From assembly GCA_020137815.1 (NCBI GenBank), contig CM035353.1, positions 1,054,001-1,118,000 of the forward strand: a stretch of DNA of 64,000 bases, read 5' to 3'. Shown here piece by piece: positions 11,721 to 25,286 of the stretch (within the stretch, counting starts at the first letter, position 1; each line of letters begins with the position of its first letter). The notes under the pieces are model-generated. The model had not been told where the DNA came from. It did not search any database and saw only the letters and a program-made list of their open reading frames with translations. Both the position numbers and the translations under genes were made by a program. This stretch comes from Hormiphora californensis (Eukaryota > Animalia > Ctenophora).

Positions 11721-13722
11721 GAAAAGGATAATTTAGTATGGTTTCTAACAGCCTGCCCGAGGCTCGGTTTTATTCGGGATTGATGGCATTTGGCGGTGAT
11801 GGGGTGGCTGGTGATGCAGAAATAGCACTTAGGGCACCTTCCCGTCGCCTGATTTCTGTCGTCTTTGGTGTTGATATTTTCAGGGGGGTCATGCCCTGCA
11901 CATGAATCTTTCTGCCTGTTGTGAAAAAATGGTCGGGCGATATGTTTAGGGAGACATCACCAGCACTGCACTGGCGTTTTAGAAAATCTTTAAAACACGC
12001 TTGAGCTACAGGAAAAACCGACGTTACAGAAATGATCTCACCTCTCCCGCCGTGAGGTGCACCTCCAGCTCTGCCCATGTGTTGTGCAGGGGTTCCCTCC
12101 AATTCTACACGGGTTCCCCAGCATTTTCCCGTCCCCCATGTTGTCTACAAAAATGGTCCGGTGCAAGTACACGTCAATTGTGTAGAGCCACTCCATGAAC
12201 TGGGGTGAAACTCTTTAAATAAACTTCCTCTCGTTATCAGTCAACATGTGCCTTTTACTAAGTCTGGCACAAAACGTCGCTTTCCGATCCATTTTTCCCA
12301 TGTATGTAGCTGCCGGTCCCTGATTCCCAGGCCCTTGTTTGGCGATAGTACCGGCCGGGGTGTACCGTCTGGCTACCATGTTTACTGGTAGTTGCTAGTT
12401 TCGTATCAATTATGTATACGAGTTACCCAAGGTATGAACCAGTGAGTCTTGGAGAATGTGTAACTGTAATCTCTTCTCTCTTATTTTTTCTAGTCGGCCC
12501 CCTCTGAAGCTTCATGACATTCATACCTATTGTATTAATCATTGCTTGACGATAGCTCCATGTCTATTCTGTGTCCTCCGTTCTTTTAATTTCCTTTACT
12601 GTGTGGAAATTGACCACTTCACATTGTGACTTGTGTTAGTTGACATGTTCCCGGTCGCTGTCAGAGCATTGGCAGTTAGTTTTTTATTAGTGTGGACTGA
12701 TTGTGGATCATTTTGTATCCCACATTTCAGTTAAGTTGCTCAGTTGTTTTACAGGGTTTTGTGGTCAGACAGACATGCCAGCCGGCTAATTGGTGGACAA
12801 CGCTCGATCTGATTGCTTTCAACTTCATGTCCCTCAATATGTATCGATGTATCAGTGCTTTTTCTCTAAGAGCTTGGTACAATAGTTTCTACCCACCTTC
12901 ATAGTTAGTTTTAATTAGTGTGGACTGATTGTGGATTATGTTGTATCCCACATTTCAGTTCAGTTATTCAGTTGTTTTACAGGGTTAGACAGACATGCCA
13001 GCCTCGGCTAATTGGTGGACAACGCTCGATCTGACTGCTTTCAACTTCATGTCCCTCAATATGTATCGATGTATCAGTGCTTTTTCTCTAAGAGCTTGGT
13101 ACAATAGTTTCTACCCACCTTCATAGTTAGTTTTAATTAGTGTGGACTGATTGTGGATTATGTTGTATCCCACATTTCAGTTGCTCTGTTTGCTCTGTTT
13201 TTAAATTTTCTGTGTTTTTCACTCCAACCGCCTTTCCTTTCCAGGCCTATTAACGTGAACTTTGCTCTTTATGATCTTAATGATAGTCTTCAGACTTTTT
13301 TGCCCCTCTAGTGACAAGGTTAGCTTACCTTCCCAGTGAACTGTGTAACCATAGTTACAGGGCTCCTCAATCGTGTAGAGCCACCAAATGAATGTCAAGA
13401 ACAGTACGAACCTTTATGTAGCATGTCGGGGTCTTTGGCTTTGTTGTCGCGAAGAACGGACCGGCACTGCATATTGTGTAATTATAAGTGGTTCCTCAAT
13501 GGTATACATCTGCCCCATGAACTGGGGATGATAATGCTCCTCTTATCTCCTTTTTGATAAAGTTCCGAAAATTGTCTCATTTCCTAATTTTTCATGGATT
13601 TATTGACAGTCAAGTCCAACGGTTGAAAGAGGTGCGTCATATTCGTAGACCTACCTCCGCTATGACGAAATCTTTGGTCTTCATAAGGAAGAGAACTAGA
13701 AGTAGAAATGTTATCATTATAT

Positions 13723-14609
13723 TAGGGTGATTCATAATGATTTTCAATCGCTCTTTCTGAGTGCACATCGACACTGGGGACCAAAAATTTTTACAGGAGC
13801 GATTAGTTTGGACAATTTTGGAACCCATCGACCATGTTTGAAGTTCAGGATGGTTTTACGAAACCGGTGGCAGACAATTTCTGAAGTTAAGCTTTTTTGC
13901 GGTCTACGTGCACAAAATTCAGGTCTCAATGTTAGCCTTGTAGGAGACGTAAACAGATACAGATCGACTCAGGGCTCCTTGTAGGGCTAGAATAACCTCT
14001 CTTGGGGATATTTGAGGAAAATCAAGTTCATCCGATTTTCACCCTTGATTTTGTGTGCTATTTTTAGAATTCAGTCAAAAAGCCCTTTTTTCACTTTGAA
14101 TTGCTGTGGCTCGGGACCTAGTCAGTCTTTTGTCAAGATTTAGTGCTCAAAATATGAATTAAACCATGCTCTATATGACCCTGAAGTTATTTGGTGGTTT
14201 TGAGTGTCTTAGAAGGTCTAAAATTGAAGTTGCAAAAAGTCTCGCAAAAACGGGCAAATTTTTCTGGCTTTTGGGGCCATATTTCGAGCAATTATTAGCC
14301 CCCTACTTCAATCCCGCAACTTTTTCGGCTCAAAATCGGTTGTTTGCGATTACAACTGATAGAATGTACTACTTCATGAGCAAAATAGGTCGTTTTCCAA
14401 AATTTTGACGATTTTTTGGAAAGTGAGACGGTAGTATGGTCAAACACTAGAAAATGGGGTGTAGCCTTGGGAAAAATGTTCGTCAGATCTTTACCAAGGA
14501 TGTTAGGAGACCGAAATTATGCCAGGAGCAAGGTCCTATAAAAATTTTATTGCCCCGATGAACATGAAACAAAAAAAATCGCAATTGAAAATCATTATGA
14601 ATCACTCTA
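13723..14609. mobile_element. Non-autonomous TIR element, TAG...CTA ends, apparent ATAT TSD
   Basis: TIR TAGGGTGATTCATAATGATTTTCAAT / ATTGAAAATCATTATGAATCACTCTA; interrupts a module that is uninterrupted at about 10960-10985. Confidence 0.75.
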
Positions 14610-16978
14610 ATATTCGATCAGTAGTTTCCATCGTGTGGGCAGCCTGTCAGTGCCTTTACAATGTATCCTTCGTGGTGACGGAAAAAGGGGACCGCAATCA
14701 TAAAAAACAATAATTTTTTCAAGGAGAGACATCACTCCTGCCTGAAAATAAAAGCAAATTAAAGACGTATGAGATAAATCCATCACGAAAGAATTCTTTT
14801 ATCGGATCTGAATACAGATTTGGTTTTTCTATTTATCTAATAGAATTATAATTGTACTTTATAAACAATAAAACATACCTGCCAGCCTAGGCTCTTGAAC
14901 TGCTTCAGCTACAGGTTCTGGGACAGCCTCAAGTCTCAACAACCTCTGGTTCCGGGGGTGTCTCTATCTCACTATCTAAGCAGTATCCCCATTCGTCATC
15001 AACCTGTACAAGGGGTGTGGTAGTCAATATTTGGCGATAACTTTATCACCCTTTTTGAACTTTAATTTTCAACTAACAAATTTAATTACTCCTTTTCTAC
15101 AATTGTGCCCGACCGATGCTTTACCTTATCGGTGGGGCTGCTCAATTGTGTACAACCTGCGCATGAACTTGAACAAAAAGCTCTACCTCCTGGTAACTGC
15201 CGTGGAATTTAACCCTAGCCTCCGGGGGTGTCTCCATCTCAGTATCTGAGGAGTTTCCCATTCGTCATCAACCTGTTTTTGGCTCCCTCCAATTCCCGGG
15301 GTCCTACACGGGTTCCCCCGCATTTTCCCGTCCCCCATGTTGTCCGCAAAAATGGCCCTGTGCAAGTACAAATCATAATGCTCCTTCCATACTCAGCTCC
15401 TGCCCAATCCCCCAGGGAGGATTTCAGATTTGCGATTTCGATCCTACGGGAAAGACCTATACGTAATGGTATGACACTAAGTCAACAACAAACTCAATAT
15501 TTTATATGCAGAATATGACATGAATATATCCATCTGGACATGGCCACAGATGGCTTTTTCCTTTTGAACATGTGGTTTATTACATGCTCCGTTATATTCA
15601 GCGGGCACCCGCACTGTCTCATCACCCCCAACAGGGTTGCTGTTGATGAGCAGTAGCTCAACAGCTCCACCCTGGAACTGGACATAAAATGCATTTGTCC
15701 TTGAACATCAGCTCCATGCCTGCAGTTGTACTTTTTACAGATTCTCTGCTTGATGTCGACCTTCTACTAGATACTCTCGGGGGTACAATTTCCCCAAGGT
15801 GACGTTGGTAATCCTAGCAGCTGTCTGAACTGCTGATCTACACACAAATGAACGTCTGTCCGATCTAGCTTTTCCATCCTTTTTATCCTCGTCGCCAATG
15901 TACTATTTGGGTTACTAGGAGCACCGAACAGTTTATATCAGGGATAGTAACCCCTACAGTGTAGACTCTACAATGTAGGGGTTGCTAAGTTGCTTAGCAA
16001 CCCCTGTAGACTCTACATATATCAACAATCAAAACCAGAAGATGAATTACTTGTAAAGAGATATTTTAAAAAGATAAAAAAGATTTTACTTAAGCTTATG
16101 ATTGTTGTAGTGCTACAGATCAGCAAATGAAAGTTCAATGATTAATATGACTCAAAAACGAATATAAAACACGAACATGTTATTTTTAAAGAGAAAAAAA
16201 AGAACTTAAGAAACAGAAAAAAGATGACTTAAATAAAAAGATGACTTAAATAAAAAGATGACTTAAATAAAAAGATGACTTTAATGAAAATATTACTTTC
16301 AAGAGATACATAATATGTACACAGACAAAAAAGGGAGAAAATGAATTTAATAAGAAGATGAATATAGTTAATATTCTTACGACTTAAACATACAATGATA
16401 ATCGATAATAATAACCTTTCTAGTAAACAGCGAACTCGCTTATTCAAACTCCCCCCATAAACTAATCCTAAATAAGCATTGGCTGTTAAATTAATTACTT
16501 ACATAAATATGTTGCGTTGTCCAGGAGGCTTTGAACGCGGATAGTCAGACTATTATCTCGGGCCCTTTCCACATACTGTCTCGTCGGAGGTGCTCTGTAA
16601 CAAAAGTAACAATGCAATGACTCGTCTAAGTAGTAAATACACATTATGAATATCTTACGTCAACTGTCGTCTTAAAACTTCGGGTGCAAGTACCACACCA
16701 ATCCATAAGCGGAACCGTAGAATAGCAGCCCTTCTTGTGTTTCCACAGCGCCGTGTGTAAAGTACCTTAAATCACTGTCTATGGCCCATGGGTGGGTTTC
16801 GGAACAAAGTGCCACTGCGGTCTCACTACCAGCTAATGAGATTTTATGAGTTCTAGTTCACGAAATTAATCTTACCTCCTCTCTGTTTGTACAGCAACAA
16901 TCAAAAACCAGGAAGCTCTGAAGATATGAGACTCTGCTTGTGTCAAAAGTTGGCGTGGCTTGAATCCTAAAATCCATA

Positions 16979-18557
16979 TAGTAGGGACGAATCTCTCACA
17001 AAAAGAAGTGGTTGACTCACTATTTGGTGAAAAGCAAATTCCGGTTGTAACCCACTAATTTTGACCCGCTGAACACGATCCCGTCCATAGGTAAGCTCGC
17101 AAAATTGGAGAAAATGCTCAAAATGAACATTTTTGTTCATTCCAAACTCCAAAATTGAAGATAATTTTCAAAAGTGGCCTACAGTCAAGATATACACCAA
17201 TTCCTACTATTTTCGAGCCGCTAAGAATGATGCTGGCCATGAAAATTTGATAGGATGTCAGGAACATGCCAAAAATAGGTAAAATTGGTTAAAATTGGAC
17301 AAAATTGGCAAAAATGTTAAAATTTGTCTCAGGAGGTCGGGAATGGTCGCAATTGTTCACAAATACCATCCTAGTCATGTTAGAATAATGTAAGAGATTA
17401 TATTTGGCCATTATGATGCTTTAATGACTCCTAATTAGTGAATAAATGACATAACTCATTGCGCATATAGCCGTTTTTGGCCATATGGCTATAGCCACTT
17501 AGGAATGGTTTAGAGACATTTCACTGGTACCATTTTGTAGGCAATGGCCAAGTTATGGGGGGTCGACGTCGGACTTTTAAGTCTCAGGAGGTCGGGAATG
17601 GTCGCAATTGTTCACAAATACCATCCTAGTCATGTTAGAATAATGTAAGAGATTATATTTGGCCATTATGATGCTTTAATGACTCCTAATTAGTGAATAA
17701 ATGACATAACTCATTGCGCATATAGCCGTTTTTGGCCATATGGCTATAGCCACTTAGGAATGGTTTAGAGACATTTCACTGGTACCATTTTGTAGGCAAT
17801 GGCCAAGTTATGGGGGGTCGACGTCGGACTTTTAAGCTCTATCTCCAACCGTTTAGCCGTTATTTGGCTTTAAAGGTGCTCAAAATCAGGCTTTTTACCG
17901 TTTTTTGCCCATTTTGAGCACCTTTAAAGCCAAATAACGGCTAAACGGTTGGAGATAGAGCTTAAAAGTCCGACGTCGACCCCCCATAACTTGGTTGGCC
18001 ATTGCCTACAAAATGGTACCAGTGAAATGTCTCTAAACCATTCCTAAGTGGCTATAGCCATATGGCCAAAAACGGCTATATGCGCAATGAGTTATGTCAT
18101 TTATTCACTAATTAGGAGTCATTAAAGCATCATAATGGCCAAATATAATCTCTTACATTATTCTAACATGACTAGGATGGTATTTGTGAACAATTGCGAC
18201 CATTCCCGACCTCCTGAGACAAATTTTAACATTTTTGCCAATTTTGTCCAATTTTAACCAATTTTACCTATTTTTGGCATGTTCCTGACATCATATCAAA
18301 TTTTCATGGCCAGCATCATTCTTAGCGGCTCGAAAATAGTAGGAATTGGTGTATATCTTGACTGTAGGCCACTTTTGAAAATTATCTTCAATTTTGGAGT
18401 TTGGAATGAACAAAAATGTTCATTTTGAGCATTTTCTCCAATTTTGCGAGCTTACCTATGGACGGGATCGTGTTCAGCGGGTCAAAATTAGTGGGTTACA
18501 ACCGGAATTTGCTTTTCACCAAATAGTGAGTCAAAAAATTAAGATTCGTCCCTACTA
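16979..18557. mobile_element. 1.58-kb foldback element, TAGTAG...CTACTA, TSD ATA; 254-bp tandem duplication in the left arm
   Basis: ATA-[TAGTAGGGACGAATC...GATTCGTCCCTACTA]-ATA; arms complementary almost to the centre (about 17900); 17327-17580 is repeated at 17581-17834. Confidence 0.9.
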
Positions 18558-20614
18558 ATAAGTCATCGAAAGATTAATCCCGACAATAGCCAGAAGCTAT
18601 TATTATTCCAGAATAAGTATATTATAGCTGTGCACGCTTCATCCTTAGTTGTGTTGCCCAACCTGCCAGCGTGTCGTGTCCGTCTCTACTGCGTAGAAAG
18701 TCAGGGTCGGCTACCGAATCCTATGAACTGTAATTAAATGTGATTATGATCAGTAGAATTAGTATTGAAACCCCCTATGGCTGTACAATTAGGATTTTAT
18801 CAATTATGATTTAGATAACCAATTTTGAATATAACGATCAATATATATAAAGAATTTGATACACTGTGATACCACAGTCACCTACTAAAACCGTGTTGAG
18901 TTCTTAGGGTTCTTCCTTGGGTAGTTCCCTTTAGAGTCTCCAAAATATGTTTTTCTTCATGGCATCCCTGAGATGTGGTTTGAGTCCGCCGATGGTCGTC
19001 TCTTTTCAGGACACTCCTTGGAGCTCTTGTGTGGGTTCTCAAAAAGCATCTCAATGATTGTCCTCCCAATAGTTGCTCGCTACCCGCACTACTTCCACAA
19101 CGCTATCCAGTTTGCTCAACTCCAATTTCTTCTTCTGTGTCTCCCCTCGCAGTCGTGGAATACCTCCGAACTGGGTCCACTGTAGCCCCCCCCCCCCAAC
19201 CCAACGCCGCATGTAAAGTCTCATAGTGGGCTGGTTCTGGTTCCCCCACTCTTGTTCTTCCTCTTCCGCATATCTGCGAAATAAACTGTCCTCACAGAAG
19301 ATATCTTATCTTGTTTTTAGGACACCATATTCTGTAATTTTTTACAGATTCTATGGGATAATCTCCACCCGCTCTTATTGGAGATTGCCCATGTCCACCT
19401 TTAGTCCACTGGGTGAACATCCCATATGCCAATAACTTTGTTGACCGCCCTATTCGCCCGCCCAGCATTTTCCGAAACTTAGATATAATGTACAATGTCT
19501 CAACTTCCTATTGATATTCGCAACTGCATTCACCGTTCAGATGAGTATATATTAATGGGTGGGACGAAAGAAACATGCAGGGGTTGTTAACATTTCGAAC
19601 TACTTCTTCTTTTTAATAGTTGCCGTTAGAGAAACAGTAAAAAGCAGTGCCCCTACCATTGGTAGGGTACCAAGGAAAGAAAAAATGGAACTAAGGTACT
19701 CGGTTGTGCAACTGTTGCCCCGTAAACGCCTCAGCGAACAACTACTATCCTATTCAATCCCGCTAGTCAGGCCTTTAAGCAGCTGCATTTTTTAAGGAGT
19801 GAAATTTATGTCTGATGGGGTCTGTTGACCGTTGGATTCCATATCGTTGTGCCAACCGCTCTTGAATCATCTGTAACACTAGGTTATTTCTGGTTTTATT
19901 GTCCCGCACTTTTTTCTGCACATCCGGTTCGAAATCGATTTTCATTAACTTCTTTTCCTCGTTTTCCTGACATCGAGCCGAGCGTGGTATTGCAGTAAAC
20001 TAGTAAATTAATATAATAAGCCTCCGTAGCTCTCCTAATGACCCCATTTTAGTTTAAACTTCAATCAATTATAATTTACTTTTTTCCTAGAAGGATGTGT
20101 TGAGTGAAATGTGTCGGTATCATCTTGGCTAAGTCAGCTTTCATCTAGGGGCCATTTTCAGTCAGACATGTCCCTTAACTTTGGATCTCTCATGTTTCAC
20201 GTCCATTGGCCCTTGAACAACGTGAATAACAACGTCTGTGAGGGAGCTCATCTTTGCAATGACATCTCCCATACTCATTGTTAGGGGGCCGGGTCTACCA
20301 GGAAGGTTATCCCAACACTTTCTCCCTGAACAATGCGTGAGGGTTTGAATATATTATTATTAGGCGTAAATGGGTTGGTCGGAGACATCGACCGCCACTT
20401 GCCCCGGGTTCAGTAGCTCTGTACCTCGTCAGGTGAGTGACATATTACCTTATATACAGAAAAATGTTCTTCTGGGATCTCTTGTTTGTGATCTTATATA
20501 TGGTATTCATTTTGAAGGAATGCTTCACCTTTTGAATGGTTCCCCAGTTTACATAAGCGATGCAGCACATGTGTAATTGACAGATCAGGTCTCCTCCCCT
20601 AGTGTCAGTTATGG

Positions 20615-21303
20615 GCGGAGTTATAGGGGTATATACCCTGCTAACTTAAATAATGCGCCAGTGGCGAGAAGTCCCACTAGCGCGCTCTCAGTAAACAGCC
20701 AGTCCAGCGGCAGATTATTTCCCACTGGCAGGTTATTTATTTTTAACTCCTACGTAACATTCAAAGTGTGTGTAAATGATCAGTTCTTACTAAAATACAG
20801 AGGGAACACTATGTGCAACACTTACACACTACATTGGAGAGAAAGAAAGGACACATTCCGTCAATTACTCTCTCTTTATCTCCCCTTTTGTCTCACTATC
20901 TCTTTCTCTGTGTTATTTGTGACATGCCCCTTATCAGGCTATTTCTTTCACTCTCTTTCCTTAGCAACTGCTTAGTAACTGTTACCAAACAGTGTACACT
21001 CAATTGTGACGTGTTTTTAACTATTTCTCAGTTCTCTTTGTGTGTTTTGATTAGTGTTCTCTCTCTTGTTGGTGTGTAATACTTGAAATAAACAACTAAA
21101 GCAGGGTATATAACCCATAAACTCTGACCACTGGCACGTTATAGGTTTAAACCCCTCCGCCTCTCCCTCGGCTCCGCCTCGGGATCGTCGTCGTGATTTA
21201 AACCAGTTTATCCGCCAGCGGCGGATAAACTCCAGCTAACTTCTCCCAGCGGCGCGCTGGGAGAAAGTTATCTGAAATAACGCGCCAGTGGCCAGAGTTT
21301 ATG
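20615..21303. mobile_element. Compound inverted-repeat element(s)
   Basis: GGGGTATATACCCTGCT (about 20625) pairs with AGCAGGGTATATAACCC (about 21100); CATAAACTCTGACCACTGGCACGTTAT (21116) pairs with ATAACGCGCCAGTGGCCAGAGTTTATG (ending 21303). Confidence 0.5.
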
Positions 21304-21694
21304 CCTCATGTATCAGCCAACACTTTCTTCTCAGTATCTCAATAATATTGGCATTATTTATCACCATGGTTGCATACAAGTTGTATCACCTCACTTAGTA
21401 AGGTCACGTTATTGGTTAGGATTTGTTAGGAGTACGTCAGCAGTGATTCTGTGAGTTCCCCTACAGTTGCTGAATCCGCAGTCCCGCCCCTCGACGAAGT
21501 TGCAAGTTGTTCGTGCACGATCGTGTTGGAACAGTCTATTCGACTCTCCCGGTAATTGAGATACCAAGGTTGAAAAGAGTTCGACAATGTGTTATCATTA
21601 TTTATTAAGTGGATCTTCCCGTCCATCTATTATTAACATACTCAACATAGTCCGTTCCGGTGGTGCGGTCCTGTATGAAAGACGGAGGGATCAC

Positions 21695-21940
21695 GGGTAT
21701 CATAATCACTTTCTCCAGATCAGCGGAGAAGAATGCGGTCTTCTGCTGCAGCAGTAGGTCATTGTCTTGTCCGGCTTTCTCCCGGTCAGATCTGTACGCC
21801 TCCCTGGCCACGGTAGCCCGCTCCACATGCTCAAGATGTTGCCGGCAGAATGGGCAGTCGGACTCAGTACATGACATTTCATGTATTTCGTGTGCCTCGC
21901 ACTTTTCACACTTCTCATTGCCGAGCTTCGTGAAAGACAC
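21695..21940 (-). pseudogene. Sola1-like transposase fragment
   Basis: VSFTKLGNEKCEKCEAH...CPFCRQHLEH...AREAYRSD...FSADLEKVIMIP resembles the Cys/His cluster plus DLQKV..P first-Asp motif of Sola1-type transposases (family assignment from memory). Confidence 0.55.
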
Positions 21941-24694
21941 GTGTGTTATCATTATCTTTTCGTCCATATTTTATACACATACTCAACATAGTCCGTACTG
22001 GTGGTGGTGGTGCCCTGTATGAAAGACGGAGGGATCGTGTCGAAGACCATTGCCTCCTCCTCCGCCACCAGATTGATGGACTCCTCTTCCTGTAGTAGCA
22101 CCTCCTCCTCTTCCGTCTTCGACATATCCCACCCGGGACAGTAGGCCAGGAGAGGGTTCCAGACTTGAATCGATGAATCATTTGAAATATAAGCTCGTCT
22201 TCCAGTTTAAAGTTACAGTTTATTAAATCAAGTCCGATGTATATCTGCATTATATTATCTAAGAAATGGGCATTATGACGGGGATTATTTTTACGATAGA
22301 GCTAGTATGAAGTAGAAAAAATATGAAGTAGAAACATCATGGCGAAGTTAATATAAACGCATTTATTTTGACACAATTTGGCTGAAAATAAGTGCATAAT
22401 ACGTTTTAACCAGTGCTAGCAGTATTCTCCAAGTGGGTGTTCAGGTGATACCACTGCTTAAACATCTTTAAGCAGTTAGGACTAGGTCTAGTCTCCTCCT
22501 CCTCGGTCTTTGTCATACCCCACCCGGGACAGTTATAGGGAAGGGGTTCTCTCCCCATTTCCTCTCGTCCTCCGAGTCGGCAGGCCATGACGTCGAGCAG
22601 CCCCGCTTTATGGCCTTGCTCTTTTTCTGTGGCCGGTGTTGGGGTTTGTCTCCATCACTCGCCCAGTAACACAGTAACATAGTGATGCACACGGGGTTGT
22701 ATATACAATACATATCCATAACCGCCCATGAAAGTTTCTTGCGTGCTTCCTCACACAAGTCCAAATTATGATAGCGATTGTCTAAAAGGGGTTAGTTATT
22801 TCGTTCATTATATTCACGTGAAATAACTTACGATATTGTAAGAATCGCCGTTTACTAATCACCTAACTCTTTAGTAACCTATGGTAATATAGAAATAAGA
22901 AACATAACACAACGCTATAAAAGGAAGCTATAATATCATATGTCACTGACCTTTCTTTGTCACCAGAAAGTGGTGTTCAGCAAGGTGCCTGCTTAACAAA
23001 ACCGCATTTCAATGCTGTCCCTATACTTTGGCAGGTTTTTATTATTGACAGCCAGGATACCTTTCCGAATTGTCAATGTCACCAGCCCGTTATGAAAAAT
23101 TGAGATTATGTCTAATATAAAGTTGTTTGTACAACCCTTCCACATAGCTGAGGTTGATCAAAGGACTTGATCGTAGTTGCAGGTGTACGTACCTATAATA
23201 TGCGTTTTTTTTCTGTAGGTACCTTATCGGGTAGCTGGTACAATCCATGTTTCACAATTCACATCCTATTTGATATTGATTTATTACTAATCCAAATATT
23301 ACTAAAATTAGGTACATACGTTGATCGCCTAGTCTGTAACACCATCAGGAAAGAAGATAGGGCCCTCAAATCCTCTATGGTGACGATGTGCCCTGACCCT
23401 GTATAGACGTCTCGCCAGAAAGACATGATGGTCGACCCCCATACTTCGGAGCTCCTCCTTTGTAGGTGTCTGACAGAAACTCCTGAAACAATGTTCTCAT
23501 TTCTATCTATAGGACTTATTGTGCCTCTTTGTGCGAGATCTCTTTCCCGACAAAGTGGCTATTACTTTTGGATGTGAAAATATGTCCAACCTCCTCTAGC
23601 TCTAAAGTGTCAGTTAACTGTTTGTGGTAACTTAGCAGCGCCAGTTAGCCGGTTGGTTGTCATGGAGGACAGTATTAACAGACATTCATAATATTGAAAT
23701 TGTTATTCGCAGTTGGTTCTTTTCTGCAGTTAAGTAAACTCAGAAAATTTGTGAGGCAGATAAATACGTATTTAAATACCCGGGCATCTGCCAAGGTATG
23801 GTTGTGTTGAAGATAAATAAATTAGTACCATAGTTATTTTCTGCGTAAATACGAATATGATAGTTGACATTGCTATTTGTGAGGATATTATTAGGGATTG
23901 ATAATTTGGTAGGAATTAGCTGGGTTTGACCTGCCCATTACATTGTGCGGGGATGTGAGATGAGCACATCTTGGAAGCGGGGATTTGAAGCCGGTTTGAA
24001 GAGATTCACCGTACGAACCATATGAAGCTCTGAATAAGAGATGAAGTTTTGTTTTCAATCGTGGCCAACCACATGAGTATCTGTCGGACATCGATTAATC
24101 TGCCATCTCCTGAAGGTATCACGTGAAATATACGTTTGCCGTTTGGGGCCTGCCTTCTCCGGTAAATCGAATACTCTTCGTTTCTAAATCATCTATTTGG
24201 AAAGTAGTATTGAATTGATATTTGTGATAGCTAGGGTTTACCTGCCCATTACATCTGTTGTCGGCGGATGTGTAATTGCACAATCTTGGTACGTTAAGAT
24301 GAAGTCGTGTTTAGCACATTCACCAGTACGAACCATATGAAACTCATAAAGTAAGCAGATGGACTATTCTGTTTTTCAACTCGTGACCAACCACATGAAT
24401 TTCCAGTATCGGACATCATGTACTGTCTGCCCTTTCTCCTGAGAGCGTTATCCACCAGTGGACTCAGCTACGTTGATGCCCCCAGTTGCGGGCCTCGCCT
24501 GCTCCGGTAACTCCGGGATCTCCTCTTCGTTTTCGATGAGAAGTATATCCTCATTTATCAAAGTAGTATTGCTCATCTGGTATAGGTTCCTGACATTTCT
24601 GAGCAACGGTTTTGGTTCCAAATTATAATCGAGATAAAACTAAAATTAGTAGTAATAACATTTTCTGCTAAAGATACAAATATGATATTTACTA

Positions 24695-25286
24695 CTAGTA
24701 GGCCCGTTCGCCCTACGGGCGAATTTCGGGGAAATGGTAGCTGGATTAGGGAACGCTGACATCACCTGCACCATCCGTTCCTAGCCTATCTCTCACTTTC
24801 TCCCTACCCATGTTGTTGTACGCTCTGGGCTTCCTGACAATGTCAAGGTGCGAATTTAAGAGATCAATGTCATGGGGGTGCACTGCTGTTCCAGAAACTC
24901 ATCACGTGAAAACTTGGCAGTTATGTAGCCGATTCGGAGATTTCTATTTTCGACTTGAGTAATCGCCCTTGGGCGACGTTGGGTAAAGCTATCCGTAGTC
25001 GTTTATTGTCTCGCTTGAACACTTTGGCGTAATCTGTCATATTCTCTAGCCTGCTCCCTGACAGCAGCAGATCTTCCGGACCCAGATGACCGTTGCCGAA
25101 TAGCGCTTGGGGTTGAAGAGTTAGACATCAGGACAAAAGTAAAAGAATGCACGTGCAGAATTGAATTTCCCTTAGTACCCAAAACTGCAACTGGGAGTGA
25201 GGGTTCTAAGTTGCTCTAATAATTGCACGTGCAGGTGTAGTTGCTAGGTGATGTAGCACTGACAATTTGAATAGTAAGTAGTATGA
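24695..25286 (-). mobile_element. Non-autonomous Helitron (~590 bp); copies at 27287-27866 and 29028-(gap)-30066
   Basis: On the minus strand it begins TC after host A and ends hairpin TTCGCCC-GTA-GGGCGAA + 8 nt + CTAG before host T, with no TSD. Paralogous sites without the insert lie at about 26760 and 31235. Confidence 0.75.

Larger units (their letters stand above)
5190..15400. repeat. Mosaic of reshuffled 40-250 bp modules (decayed coding fragments on the minus strand)
   Basis: The same modules recur in different orders, e.g. GACTGATTGTGGATCATTTTGTATCCCACATTTCAGTT and close variants near 7197, 9701, 10426, 10787, 11554, 12695, 12923, 13145; GACCGGCACTACATGTGTAATTAAGTGGTTCCTC and variants near 7563, 9207, 10692, 11333, 13459. 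Confidence 0.8.

Noticed and set aside
15400-20560. Coding-like remnants at 15.4-15.9 and 18.9-20.5 kb
   Set aside because: Multiple stops, no consistent exon chain, no recognisable family.
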